64,000 nt of DNA, taken from the sequence record PQ330092.1; one strand, given 5' to 3'. Numbering within the stretch: the first letter of the stretch is position 1; every line of letters starts with the position of its first letter. The notes beneath the pieces are model-generated. The model saw nothing but the letters and a program-made list of their open reading frames with translations, made no database searches and was not told where the DNA came from. This document shows, piece by piece, positions 49,566-59,368 of the stretch. A program made the translations under genes and the position numbers.

Positions 49566-50729
49566 TTAAAATGGTGAATCTATTACAAATACTAAGCTAT
49601 TAATACCACCATATGTGATATCTGCCCCAGTACTATATACAAAATTACCATCAGTTATATAAGTACGGTTATACCCACCTGACATTTGTGATTTACTATA
49701 ATCAAAACCATCAGGTACGATTGCTTTGGTATATACTAATGCGTTAGTAGATGTACCAACACCTAACATACCAGCTTGTGTTGATTGGTTGTAGCCACAA
49801 CAATATATACCATCTGTTGTAGCAATAACTTGGTTATAATATGAAGTATTATGGGCCATACTGAGTACATCACCTGGTGGCATTAGGGAAGCAGTTTGAA
49901 CAGCAAATGCTCTTATATCAGTACTATTCACTCCATCTGCCTGTGCACCAAATCTTTTCGCCCCACCATTGGCAATTATGGTTTTTCCATTTGGATCAGT
50001 ACCAATAGCCATCGCCATTGAATTGTTATTATTTACATAGTACTCGATATTAATTACACTCCTTAGACTAGTAGGAGCACTAGTGTATACTGTATATAGA
50101 GAAGTACCACTAGTGCTAATTGCATTGACACGGCCTGTATAGTATAACCAACCGTTAGCAGTAACATAACCATGCATTAGATTACTTGCAAACAATTTAA
50201 ATGGTAATTGGTCTTCTTCAGTAGAGACTGTGCTCTGGACGAATTTAGTACTAACGTTGTTAGTTGTTGTCCCATTACCTAACTGACCTTCTGCCCCTGC
50301 CCCAGTACTCCATATTGTTCGATCTGAAAGTAATACACTTGTAGTCTGATTACTAACTGCCATATCTAATATTGGTAATGTTAATGTATTGAATGTTGGC
50401 ATAGCAGAAGTCCACACTGATACGGCTGCCCCTGTCATACCAACAGTAGTTGACGAACCACTGTACCATATTTCATTGTTGAATTTCTTAATAACCAAAG
50501 AAGTGGTACTTAACCAAAAATCTTCAACACCAGAAGTACTTAACGTCCATGTAGTAACGGTTTCTTTGTGACCTAAACCCAAAAGACCATTTGAATTCTG
50601 ACCACGTACATATAAATCCCCACTGCTTGTTAAAACTGCAACGTTGTAGTTATTGGCGAGTATTTTTTTAAATTTCGGTGGTGCTGGTGCAATATTCCCG
50701 TACTTAACAATTCTTGCAAAAGGTAACAT
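49566..50729 (-). CDS. RCC1-like beta-propeller, MLPF cassette (387 aa)
   Basis: GQNSNGLLG, GAGAEGQLGNG. Confidence 0.82.
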   Translation of the reverse strand: MLPFARIVKYGNIAPAPPKFKKILANNYNVAVLTSSGDLYVRGQNSNGLLGLGHKETVTTWTLSTSGVEDFWLSTTSLVIKKFNNEIWYSGSSTTVGMTGAAVSVWTSAMPTFNTLTLPILDMAVSNQTTSVLLSDRTIWSTGAGAEGQLGNGTTTNNVSTKFVQSTVSTEEDQLPFKLFASNLMHGYVTANGWLYYTGRVNAISTSGTSLYTVYTSAPTSLRSVINIEYYVNNNNSMAMAIGTDPNGKTIIANGGAKRFGAQADGVNSTDIRAFAVQTASLMPPGDVLSMAHNTSYYNQVIATTDGIYCCGYNQSTQAGMLGVGTSTNALVYTKAIVPDGFDYSKSQMSGGYNRTYITDGNFVYSTGADITYGGINSLVFVIDSPF

Positions 50730-50801
50730 ATTTCCCTCCTTTATTCATTATACTATATTTAATACAAAAAGAAAAGCCAGTATTAAGTACTGGCGAAATT
50801 A

Positions 50802-51992
50802 TTACAATTGTCTAGGTGTATCCAGAACATATCTATTTGTACTAGGACCACCATCATCATAAGTTCCGGTTGAATATATATTTTTCATATCCGCAGTTAG
50901 AAAAGTACGATACGAACCGCGATATATTTTTATTTTATCATACATAGAATATGATATTTCTGCTGGCATTGGACATATAGTAAATCTACCAATAGTAACA
51001 TTAGAACCAACACCCAACGAACCAGCATAACTACTCGCATTTAAACCAGTTGCATATACACCTGTACTCGTAACTAGTATACTAGATTGTGCTGGGTATC
51101 CTGTATGAATTGAATACAAAGTTCCAGTTGGTAATGTCGTACTATTGCTCCCTAATACAGCAAGTGCCGAACTGGTTGTGGTATTGTTACCCCATGCACC
51201 ATTACTCGCTAAACCACCAACTAGAAACTGACGTGCACCAGTACTTGGATTCTCAACCAAAGCACTGACTGAACCCATTGAGCATCCAGTGTATTGTAAC
51301 GTTTTTGTGTATGTTGTACTTGGTTTATATAAAGTATATTCATTAAATGGTGTCCATGTGGTACTGGTACTTATACCTGACGTACCACCACCAATATATA
51401 AATTATTTTGTGTATCAAAAAACATTACACAGTTATTTGTTGACAGTATTTGTGCAATATCAACATTAGGCGTGACAGCTTTTACAAATGATCCATCTGT
51501 TATTTGTTGAGTACTACCAGTACCATCAGCGAATTGTCTAGCCCCACTCCAACCAGTACTCCATATTGTATTATTATCCATTAAGAAAGTAAACCACGTA
51601 GTACCTGCATACATCTGTTTAATTGAAGTACTTGAACTTTGTGTGTATAAATTTTCAATATATTGGTTATAACTTAAAAATGATGTAGTACTAGTTGGTA
51701 AACCAATATAATCACCGTATCCACAATAAAAATAATTTAAGTCATTATCTTGTACTAACAAAGTTCCTTGTGACACCCAGAAATCTTTAACATTTTCTCT
51801 AATTAAGGTCCATGACTTTACTGCATTACTATTTCCTCTACCAAACTTCCCAAAACTATTATTTCCACGTGCGTATAGTTGACCATCCGTATAAAGAACG
51901 ACAACATCTAAATCAGTTGGTGTTATTTTCTTAATTTGTAGTGGTACAGGCACAATATTCCCATAATTCATCATTCTTGCAAAAGGTAACAT
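50802..51992 (-). CDS. RCC1-like beta-propeller, MLPF cassette (396 aa)
   Basis: GNNSFGKFG; similar to 49566..50729. Confidence 0.8.
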   Translation of the reverse strand: MLPFARMMNYGNIVPVPLQIKKITPTDLDVVVLYTDGQLYARGNNSFGKFGRGNSNAVKSWTLIRENVKDFWVSQGTLLVQDNDLNYFYCGYGDYIGLPTSTTSFLSYNQYIENLYTQSSSTSIKQMYAGTTWFTFLMDNNTIWSTGWSGARQFADGTGSTQQITDGSFVKAVTPNVDIAQILSTNNCVMFFDTQNNLYIGGGTSGISTSTTWTPFNEYTLYKPSTTYTKTLQYTGCSMGSVSALVENPSTGARQFLVGGLASNGAWGNNTTTSSALAVLGSNSTTLPTGTLYSIHTGYPAQSSILVTSTGVYATGLNASSYAGSLGVGSNVTIGRFTICPMPAEISYSMYDKIKIYRGSYRTFLTADMKNIYSTGTYDDGGPSTNRYVLDTPRQL

Positions 51993-52045
51993 AATTCCCT
52001 CCTTTATTCATTATACTATATTTAATACAAATAAGAATACCAGTA

Positions 52046-53233
52046 TCAAGTACTGGCATTGATTGTTGGAAGTGGGAACTCTTTCATGACAGATGAACTA
52101 CTTGCTGAAATATTATCAGGGGATTTCCCCGCGTAGTATAATTTATTATTAATGTACATATACAACGTTGCATCGTTCCCAGCTACAAGTGATTCACTTT
52201 TCTTAAAATTAACACCATCAGGTAAAATTGCTTCAACAAATGAACCAGAATTAATTGTACTGTTATTTGCCAATTGACCATTGTTATTATAACCAGTACT
52301 ATAAATTTTACCAGAGCTATAATATACCAGGCCACGGGATGAGATGTTTTCAATTCGAATGAATTCACTATCATCTGGAACGGTTTTCGATAACGTTGGC
52401 GTTAATTTATAACCCCCTGCTGTAGTATTATTACCCAACTGACCATCAGCTTGATAGCCCATTGTATACATAGGACATGATTCTGGTGTACCTTTAGTTA
52501 TAATACCAATATAACTCGCACTACAAAAAACGTCTATAGCTTCGGTAACAGGTGTGCCCTTATATTGAACCCAAGGAAATATATATGTGTTTTGAACTCC
52601 ATTTCCCAACGTTCCATGAGATGTTGTCCCAGTACGCCATATTGTATTATCTAGTTTAATAATCCAGTTAGAGGGTGTGATGGATGAACAGAATTTTTTA
52701 ACATTATCGACTAAAAATGTAAATTTATTAAAATATGATGCAGTGTTTAAACCAAACTTTGAATTTTTATTATCACCTAACAAATATAAACTATTATCAG
52801 TACCTAAAATCAAAGCATAATCAAGACCTACATATATCTCTTTGATTTTTGAAATACCAAATTGTGTAAAATAACTCGTACATTCAGTGAATGTTGTTAC
52901 AGTATTTGTTGTATTATTACCTAGCCATTTATCTAAACCACTATAAAAGAATCTATCATCATTTGTTCGTATTAGACAAAACCCATTCCCTGTACTGCAC
53001 CAAAAATCTTTAACATTACTATATATTTTTGTCCATTCAGTAACCTGTGTGGTATTACCTAACCCAAAAATTCCACCATTTTGAAGACCCATAGCCCATA
53101 CTGTTCCATTTACATCAAGTAGCATTGTACATGTAAATGAATAACCAACTGCTGGTGTTACTAATTTAGTAAAATTGGGAACATATGGAATGACTTTATT
53201 CCCGTACTTAACCATTCTTGCAAAAGGTAACAT
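52046..53233 (-). CDS. RCC1-like beta-propeller, MLPF cassette (395 aa)
   Basis: True start 53233; GYNNNGQLA. Confidence 0.82.
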   Translation of the reverse strand: MLPFARMVKYGNKVIPYVPNFTKLVTPAVGYSFTCTMLLDVNGTVWAMGLQNGGIFGLGNTTQVTEWTKIYSNVKDFWCSTGNGFCLIRTNDDRFFYSGLDKWLGNNTTNTVTTFTECTSYFTQFGISKIKEIYVGLDYALILGTDNSLYLLGDNKNSKFGLNTASYFNKFTFLVDNVKKFCSSITPSNWIIKLDNTIWRTGTTSHGTLGNGVQNTYIFPWVQYKGTPVTEAIDVFCSASYIGIITKGTPESCPMYTMGYQADGQLGNNTTAGGYKLTPTLSKTVPDDSEFIRIENISSRGLVYYSSGKIYSTGYNNNGQLANNSTINSGSFVEAILPDGVNFKKSESLVAGNDATLYMYINNKLYYAGKSPDNISASSSSVMKEFPLPTINAST

Positions 53234-53302
53234 AATTCCTCCTTTATTCATTATACTATATTTAGCACAAAAGAAAAGCCAGTATCAAGTACTGGCCTTA
53301 TG

Positions 53303-54412
53303 TTATTTTGGTAAATCAATTTTAGTAAAGACCGCAACATCTTCACTTGCTCCTGGTATGGCGTAATAAGAACCAGTACTATACACATCTCCATTTTTGG
53401 TTAATATCGATGTCAAACCATCACTAAAAAGAACATCCCTAATCTCACTAACTTCAACGGGTAATTGTAAATTGGTAGCACTATATATAGCACCAGTTTG
53501 AGAATTGTTTAATCCCAAACCACGGTTCGCCCCAACACCCTTCTGATATGTACTAGTAATTACCATTTGTGTAGCAGTATTTAAGGCAGGTGAATTCGTC
53601 ATAAACAACGGAGAACTATTAGGCAAAGTACTTACAGGAACTGCACGGAATGTAGTCGTACTTGAACTAAGAAAGTTTGGAGTTTGACCACATACGAAAT
53701 ATGATGTACCATTATAGTAATTTAATGCATTACCACCAATGGCTGCATCGATTACACCAGAACTACGCAATCCCCAAGTGTTAATTTGTGTTTGGTTCCC
53801 CGTACCATGCTGCCCACTACTATTCCATCCAGAACTATATAGCTTATTATCTAATGTAAGATACATACTATCATTCGCATTGGTCATTACTTTACGAACG
53901 TTCGTAGCACATTGAGTTAATGTATAAATTGATGATGAACCAATACCCAAAGAACCACGATATCCATTATCTCCTGCACCATAGAGTACTGAATTAGTGC
54001 TAAGTACAAATATTAAACCATTTGTACATACAATATTAGCAATTTCACTTACTGGTATAGCATTGGTAAACCAATTAGTCCTTTCAACTAATACAGTACT
54101 GTAAGAAGTAGTCGTAGAAGATGAGAACCAGTACGTTTGACCTGATGTCCATATAGTATTATCATTTTTAATAATAACAAGTGTACGATCACCCACGAAA
54201 AAATTAGAAACATCGGCACTTACTAATATCCATGAAGATACCGTGTTGGTATTACCATTTCCAGATTCACCACCTTGATTTCTACCTATGTAATATAAAT
54301 CATGTGAATCAGTCAATAAGAATTGACCTTGTGTAGAAGCACCAACTTTAATTATATTTTTAGGACCAGGTACAATATTTCCGTACTTAACCATTCTTCC
54401 AAAAGGTAACAT
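53303..54412 (-). CDS. RCC1-like beta-propeller, MLPF cassette (369 aa)
   Basis: True start 54412; GWNSSGQHG. Confidence 0.82.
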   Translation of the reverse strand: MLPFGRMVKYGNIVPGPKNIIKVGASTQGQFLLTDSHDLYYIGRNQGGESGNGNTNTVSSWILVSADVSNFFVGDRTLVIIKNDNTIWTSGQTYWFSSSTTTSYSTVLVERTNWFTNAIPVSEIANIVCTNGLIFVLSTNSVLYGAGDNGYRGSLGIGSSSIYTLTQCATNVRKVMTNANDSMYLTLDNKLYSSGWNSSGQHGTGNQTQINTWGLRSSGVIDAAIGGNALNYYNGTSYFVCGQTPNFLSSSTTTFRAVPVSTLPNSSPLFMTNSPALNTATQMVITSTYQKGVGANRGLGLNNSQTGAIYSATNLQLPVEVSEIRDVLFSDGLTSILTKNGDVYSTGSYYAIPGASEDVAVFTKIDLPK

Positions 54413-54485
54413 AAATCCCTCCTTATTCATTATACTATATTTAATACAAATAAGAAAAGCCAGTATCAAGTACTGGCATATCAAA

Positions 54486-55634
54486 TCACTGCAAAAATGA
54501 CATATCGACTTCGGTATAATTAAGAACGTTCTGTCCAGCAATACCTCCCATTACTACAATTGAAGCCCCACAATAATATAACTTCGAAGTATCAGTAAGT
54601 ATAAGTGAACCAGATGGGGTGCGTACCAAATTACACGAAGTATTAAACGAAGTATATGAAGGGGTATAAGAGTACTGATTAATATTATTACCAACACCTA
54701 ATTGACCAGACGAGTTGCTTCCAGATGCATAAAGTACTTCATCACCTTTAACTATATGTGACGCCATGTTACCAACACAAGTATATAAACTATAAACTCC
54801 TGAACTCAATAATGTTGGAGTTTTGTATTGTATATCTGTAGATGAAGAAGTACCACCTGTGCCAAATTCGTTCCCGTATTGTGCACCGAACTGTTTACCA
54901 CATGCGTACAAATTATTATCTGATTTAATAAAAAATGTACTCTGATAACTTACATCAAAATCTATAACATCCGAAGCAATCATCGTCACCCCAGTAATAG
55001 AAGTTTGATTACCTGTACCTAACTGATAGTAATAGTTAAAACCACAACCCCATAAAGTATTATCTTCTTTTAGGTATATGTTACCAACTGCCTTTTTAAC
55101 CGAAGTTATAGTATCTACCCTTTTGAATGTGTTAAAAGAATTAATGTTTGTACCATCACCAAATGATGATAGGTTAGAGTTATTGTTAGCTCCACAACAA
55201 TACAATGTACCATCGTTTGTTATCAAATTTACCTTCATATCATTAAAACTACTCATGTATTTTATATCAGAAACATTAATACCACTGGATGTTATCCACG
55301 TAGTACATTCCGTCCACAAAGTTTTTCTATCAGTTACACCAGTGAATGCCTTCGTGTTACCAGTGATAAAAACTTTTCCAGTACCTTTCTCTTCATACAA
55401 TTGACAATCACTACTGTTATTTTCCAATAGAACTCGTTTAACATTCTCCGCACTAAGAATAAATTTACTCGACGCTACACCAGTTCCAGTACCCCAATTC
55501 GTCGCAGAAGATGCATACAACTTATCAGTATAAGTATCATGAAGATACATGGAATCACTGGAATATATTTTAAAACGTCCATCATCACCAGGGGCAATAT
55601 TCCCGTAATTCATCATTCTAACAAAAGGTAACAT
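54486..55634 (-). CDS. RCC1-like beta-propeller, MLPF cassette (382 aa)
   Basis: True start 55634; GFNYYYQLG, GSNSSGQLG. Confidence 0.82.
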   Translation of the reverse strand: MLPFVRMMNYGNIAPGDDGRFKIYSSDSMYLHDTYTDKLYASSATNWGTGTGVASSKFILSAENVKRVLLENNSSDCQLYEEKGTGKVFITGNTKAFTGVTDRKTLWTECTTWITSSGINVSDIKYMSSFNDMKVNLITNDGTLYCCGANNNSNLSSFGDGTNINSFNTFKRVDTITSVKKAVGNIYLKEDNTLWGCGFNYYYQLGTGNQTSITGVTMIASDVIDFDVSYQSTFFIKSDNNLYACGKQFGAQYGNEFGTGGTSSSTDIQYKTPTLLSSGVYSLYTCVGNMASHIVKGDEVLYASGSNSSGQLGVGNNINQYSYTPSYTSFNTSCNLVRTPSGSLILTDTSKLYYCGASIVVMGGIAGQNVLNYTEVDMSFLQ

Positions 55635-55682
55635 AAATCCCTCCTTATTCATTATATCATATTTACCCCATAAAGAAAACCC

Positions 55683-55711
55683 TTGACATCCTTTCAGTAC
55701 TGGTGTACTAT
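55683..55711 (+). promoter_or_regulatory. sigma70-type promoter for the microprotein array
   Basis: TTGACA-17-TACTAT with CAGTACTG in the spacer. Confidence 0.72.
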
Positions 55712-55736
55712 AGAAGGAATATAAGGAGAACTACAC

Positions 55737-55964
55737 ATGACAAATACTCTTAAGTACTACCTCAATACTCTAAATGAACTAGAGTACGGGGAATTTCTCG
55801 CGGATAGTTCGTGGCTAATTGAGCTAAAAAATTATAATAGTCCAGGATGCACCCTTATGATGAACAATGCAATTGATACCCTCATTGTGAGTATTTTACA
55901 CAGCAACATCTGCGGGGATAGCAATAAACAATTATCAAAAATCTTAGTACTGCTATCTATATGA
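55737..55964 (+). CDS. array microprotein 1 (divergent)
   Basis: AAGGAG SD; YYL..; hydrophobic C-terminus. Confidence 0.65.
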   Translation: MTNTLKYYLNTLNELEYGEFLADSSWLIELKNYNSPGCTLMMNNAIDTLIVSILHSNICGDSNKQLSKILVLLSI

Positions 55965-56164
55965 ATATCGAACAGTACTACATCGATGCACTACCAACAA
56001 AAGGTCTACGTGAAAGCCTACTGCATACACAAACTAATTTCAAACACCTCAAACGTAGCCCTAAACTCCTGAACTCGTACAGGAATAATAACATAAGAAA
56101 TGCTTTACAAGGGGTAGAATGTATGCAATACTATTACATCCTTACCCTATTAATCGAGTACTAA
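55961..56164 (+). CDS. array microprotein 2
   Basis: YY..L..I..A..YYILTLLIEY. Confidence 0.72.
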   Translation: MNIEQYYIDALPTKGLRESLLHTQTNFKHLKRSPKLLNSYRNNNIRNALQGVECMQYYYILTLLIEY

Positions 56165-56165
56165 T

Positions 56166-56375
56166 ATGAATACTGAACATAAAGAATTCTACACCAAATA
56201 CCTTAGCAACGAAGAACAATTGTTTCTAAGGAGTGTATCACCTGTAAGTACCAATACTCAATTCGGTAGAGATTGCTTTAATAATTGTATACGTAGTACT
56301 CTAGAAGCAATCGAATGCAATAACAAAAATATTATGTACTCAGGTTTAATAGGACTAATATATTTCTATGAATAA
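56166..56375 (+). CDS. array microprotein 3
   Basis: HKEFY; near-duplicate of 59747..59956. Confidence 0.78.
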   Translation: MNTEHKEFYTKYLSNEEQLFLRSVSPVSTNTQFGRDCFNNCIRSTLEAIECNNKNIMYSGLIGLIYFYE

Positions 56376-56562
56376 TCATAAAGATTTCTATTGTAGTAAA
56401 CTACCCAAACAAGAACAGCTATCATTCTCTTTAGCACCACCTATGAGAAAGGATAATCTGTATTATAATTACGATTTCAGGATGGTGACACGTTATGCAA
56501 TAGAACATCAGTTCCCTGAAACTAAGTACCGCTCTATCCTGAACCTCATCTTTAAGTTCTAA
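56368..56562 (+). CDS. array microprotein 4
   Basis: HKDFY..YRSILNLIFKF. Confidence 0.75.
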   Translation: MNNHKDFYCSKLPKQEQLSFSLAPPMRKDNLYYNYDFRMVTRYAIEHQFPETKYRSILNLIFKF

Positions 56563-56614
56563 AAGGTACACCAGGGACCGAGTACTTTAATATAGTAAGG
56601 CTAATTACATTATA

Positions 56615-56800
56615 ATGAATCATATAAGCTACTACTACCAACAACTATCCGACAGAGACAAGTACAGTCACAACTCCCATGTGTGGTACTACAAACGCGG
56701 CAGTATAAGAGACAAACAACATTACTTCTGTATTTCTATTAAAGAAGCACTGACAACTAAGTACACGTACCGAGCAGTACTTAAACTTATTGAAATGTAA
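56615..56800 (+). CDS. array microprotein 5
   Basis: KYTYRAVLKLIEM. Confidence 0.72.
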   Translation: MNHISYYYQQLSDRDKYSHNSHVWYYKRGSIRDKQHYFCISIKEALTTKYTYRAVLKLIEM

Positions 56801-56810
56801 AGAGAATACT

Positions 56811-56993
56811 ATGAACATTGAATTGTACTTAAGTAAATTACAGCCTGGCGATAGATTCATCTACAATAAGTTCGAATTCAACTACAAGAACGGGAGCAAC
56901 AAATATCGTCGAGGATACCTATATACAAGCACAAGAGATGCACAAAACGAAAAGTACACATACAGAGAAGTACTTAAACTAATCTCTATTTGA
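56811..56993 (+). CDS. array microprotein 6
   Basis: ATG 56811; AQNEKYTYREVLKLISI. Confidence 0.75.
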   Translation: MNIELYLSKLQPGDRFIYNKFEFNYKNGSNKYRRGYLYTSTRDAQNEKYTYREVLKLISI

Positions 56994-57001
56994 GGTAATA
57001 T

Positions 57002-57187
57002 ATGAATACATTTGAGTACTATACCAATAAACTATCTATGCCTGAAAGATCTCATCTCTATGTGTGGAGAAATGCGTATAAAAGCGGCAATAAACTTATA
57101 CAAAGAAATTCCCTTACAGTGTGTACAAATTTAATTAAAGCAGAGTACCGCACATATATTGAAGTACTCAAACTGATAGCAATATAA
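57002..57187 (+). CDS. array microprotein 7
   Basis: MNTFEYY..YIEVLKLIAI. Confidence 0.75.
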   Translation: MNTFEYYTNKLSMPERSHLYVWRNAYKSGNKLIQRNSLTVCTNLIKAEYRTYIEVLKLIAI

Positions 57188-57195
57188 GGTACTCT

Positions 57196-57375
57196 ATGCA
57201 AGAATTCTATATCTATAACCTCCAGCACAAAGATAGATACAACTATAATAAATTCCAAAGGTACTACACAGTCGGGAACAAAAGAGATAAAAAACGTTAT
57301 CTACTCTCGTGTACAGTAGAAGCACAAAACGAAAAGTACACGTACAGAGAAGTACTTAAACTAATCTCAATCTAA
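57196..57375 (+). CDS. array microprotein 8 (59 aa, below track threshold)
   Basis: MQEFY..AQNEKYTYREVLKLISI. Confidence 0.75.
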   Translation: MQEFYIYNLQHKDRYNYNKFQRYYTVGNKRDKKRYLLSCTVEAQNEKYTYREVLKLISI

Positions 57376-57382
57376 GGTAGAC

Positions 57383-57571
57383 ATGAACACTTTTGAGTAC
57401 TACTTCAATAAACTAAACCACATAGAACAAAGTATGCACCACACATTTATTCAGAACCATCAATCATCTTCACCTCTAATTAAAAACATATCGATTGAGA
57501 TTATCACTACCCGTGTACAGTCATCTGAACGTTATATGTATATTGATGTACTGAAACTCATCTCTATGTAA
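57383..57571 (+). CDS. array microprotein 9
   Basis: MNTFEYY..YIDVLKLISM. Confidence 0.75.
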   Translation: MNTFEYYFNKLNHIEQSMHHTFIQNHQSSSPLIKNISIEIITTRVQSSERYMYIDVLKLISM

Positions 57572-57579
57572 GGAATACT

Positions 57580-57759
57580 ATGCAACAATTCTATAGAGAA
57601 CACATAAGCATTAAAGACCGTTTCATGTACGACACCTTCGTGAAGTACTACAAACTAGGAACAAAAAGTACTAAAAATATTAATCTCAATAGCTGCATTT
57701 ATGCTGTACTAACACAAGATAATCCCTACAGGGAAATCATTGCCCTGGCATCTATATAA
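57580..57759 (+). CDS. array microprotein 10 (59 aa, below track threshold)
   Basis: MQQFY..PYREIIALASI. Confidence 0.72.
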   Translation: MQQFYREHISIKDRFMYDTFVKYYKLGTKSTKNINLNSCIYAVLTQDNPYREIIALASI

Positions 57760-57769
57760 AGGAAACCAA

Positions 57770-58429
57770 ATGAAACTTAATCCACACAGCAAACAATACC
57801 TTAAGCACTTTAAATACCTCAACAGTATTCAAGCAGAATCTTTTACACCAGCATATACGTATCACCCAAATGTACTAAAGAAACGAAATAAAAAGAAAAA
57901 ATCCAGAAATGTTCTCGTATCTAAGAACCTCAAATCGTACTTGAAGAAAAATAATATAGCTCTTGCTTTTATTAATATCTATAATACTGATTTAAAAGTA
58001 TTGAGTACTAATACCAGCACAAAAGCACTAAAGAATGCATCTATCTATATACACATGGATAATATCCCGTGCACTATAATTCTATCTTTCGGGAATGTAT
58101 ACTTCTTCGGGAATTGTAATAGCACCCATGATATCAGTACTGCACAATTCCAAATCGGCGATATGTACTGCATGGGTTCAGAAAAAATACACGATAACAT
58201 GCACTTCTTCCAAAAGCAACGTACTAACGAAACTGATACAGTACTGCAATTCCTAAAAGAACTACAAAACAAAGAATTAACACCAGAAGAAGAATTCATG
58301 TACAGTACTGTAATCGATAATCCAGAACTCTATAAAAACGCGTACAATCTAACAAAACATGTACAGGAACTTATCAGTACTGATAAGAAATTTCATCACC
58401 TCATTACGTATATTTCAAACTATGTATAA
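57770..58429 (+). CDS. basic hypothetical protein interrupting the array, EExxF family
   Basis: AAGGA SD before ATG 57770; PEEEFMYSTVID. Confidence 0.75.
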   Translation: MKLNPHSKQYLKHFKYLNSIQAESFTPAYTYHPNVLKKRNKKKKSRNVLVSKNLKSYLKKNNIALAFINIYNTDLKVLSTNTSTKALKNASIYIHMDNIPCTIILSFGNVYFFGNCNSTHDISTAQFQIGDMYCMGSEKIHDNMHFFQKQRTNETDTVLQFLKELQNKELTPEEEFMYSTVIDNPELYKNAYNLTKHVQELISTDKKFHHLITYISNYV

Positions 58430-58604
58430 AGAATACTACAAAGATAAAATCCCAATGCATCTACAACACCATATACCAAACGTTGCATTGGGTATCAAAG
58501 ATCACGCAAAGATAATGTTCCAACAATGTACTAAGTACACGCTCATATACGATGATAATCCATATATGCTGTACTACGTAGTAATGCTAACATTCAGGTA
58601 CTAA
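58422..58604 (+). CDS. array microprotein 11
   Basis: ATG 58422; MYKEYY..LTFRY. Confidence 0.75.
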   Translation: MYKEYYKDKIPMHLQHHIPNVALGIKDHAKIMFQQCTKYTLIYDDNPYMLYYVVMLTFRY

Positions 58605-58605
58605 T

Positions 58606-58785
58606 ATGAATACTTATAAAGAATTCTACCTCTCGTACCTTAATTCCGATATAGTAACATCCAATACATTCAGTACTAAAATTATCTATAATGAATTAAT
58701 GAAAGAATGTATTAAAGGTGCTATTAACCCTAAAGATACGTATGACTTGTACTATGCAGTACTAACCCTTGTTTTCACGAAATAA
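58606..58785 (+). CDS. array microprotein 12 (59 aa, below track threshold)
   Basis: YKEFY..ECI..LYYAVLTLVFTK. Confidence 0.72.
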   Translation: MNTYKEFYLSYLNSDIVTSNTFSTKIIYNELMKECIKGAINPKDTYDLYYAVLTLVFTK

Positions 58786-58793
58786 CACATAAT

Positions 58794-58985
58794 ATGAATA
58801 ACCACAAAGAATACTACATAGAGAAACTCCCAATGTATCTCCAACACCTTGTACCAACAGTACCATTGGGTATAGAAAAAAACTACGAAAAAGACTACTT
58901 CATTCAGTGCACTAAATCCTCGATATATATTGAAGACTATAATCGAGTACTGTATCACATCCTTTTACTAATATATAGGTACTAA
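58794..58985 (+). CDS. array microprotein 13
   Basis: HKEYY..LLLIYRY; close to no. 11. Confidence 0.78.
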   Translation: MNNHKEYYIEKLPMYLQHLVPTVPLGIEKNYEKDYFIQCTKSSIYIEDYNRVLYHILLLIYRY

Positions 58986-58986
58986 T

Positions 58987-59169
58987 ATGCACAAAGAATA
59001 CTACACACAATTTCTCCCCAGCATTTTTGAACACTACGCCAGATACAAAGTCCCTATGGATAACGATTTGGCAGTACTGGGATTCAATAACTGCATAGAA
59101 CGAAGTATAGAAAATAGTAGTAGTTATGACCAGCTATATAACACTATCCTACTTATATTCAGGTACTAA
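58987..59169 (+). CDS. array microprotein 14
   Basis: MHKEYY..ILLIFRY. Confidence 0.78.
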   Translation: MHKEYYTQFLPSIFEHYARYKVPMDNDLAVLGFNNCIERSIENSSSYDQLYNTILLIFRY

Positions 59170-59170
59170 T

Positions 59171-59359
59171 ATGCATAAAGAATACTACACAAAATATTTC
59201 CCAATGTACCTCAGTACTAATCTATTAGATAAACCTCGCGGTATCAATGCACAAAACGATAAAGTGTACTTTACTATGTGCACTAAAGCATGTATACTAG
59301 ATCATGACAGCTACCATCGAGTACTGTATCATACCCTGTACCTAGCTTTCGTATTCTAA
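59171..59359 (+). CDS. array microprotein 15
   Basis: ATG 59171; MHKEYY. Confidence 0.78.
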   Translation: MHKEYYTKYFPMYLSTNLLDKPRGINAQNDKVYFTMCTKACILDHDSYHRVLYHTLYLAFVF

Positions 59360-59368
59360 GAGAACAAT

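Larger units (their letters stand above)
42570..55665 (-). repeat. repeated ~110-bp intergenic/leader cassette (10 full or near-full copies, 2 RBS-only)
   Basis: GCCAGTAC-TTGA-TACTGGC-T-rich (hairpin absent at the first copy), ATTAAATATAGTATAATGAATAAAGGAGGG-AATTATGTTACCTTTTG near 42587, 45018, 47471, 48684, 49493, 50729, 51992, 53233, 54412, 55634. Confidence 0.92.

Noticed and set aside
42570-55665. Repeats as a CRISPR array or DGR
   Set aside because: Repeats are separated by whole genes; no cas genes, reverse transcriptase or TR/VR pair in the window.
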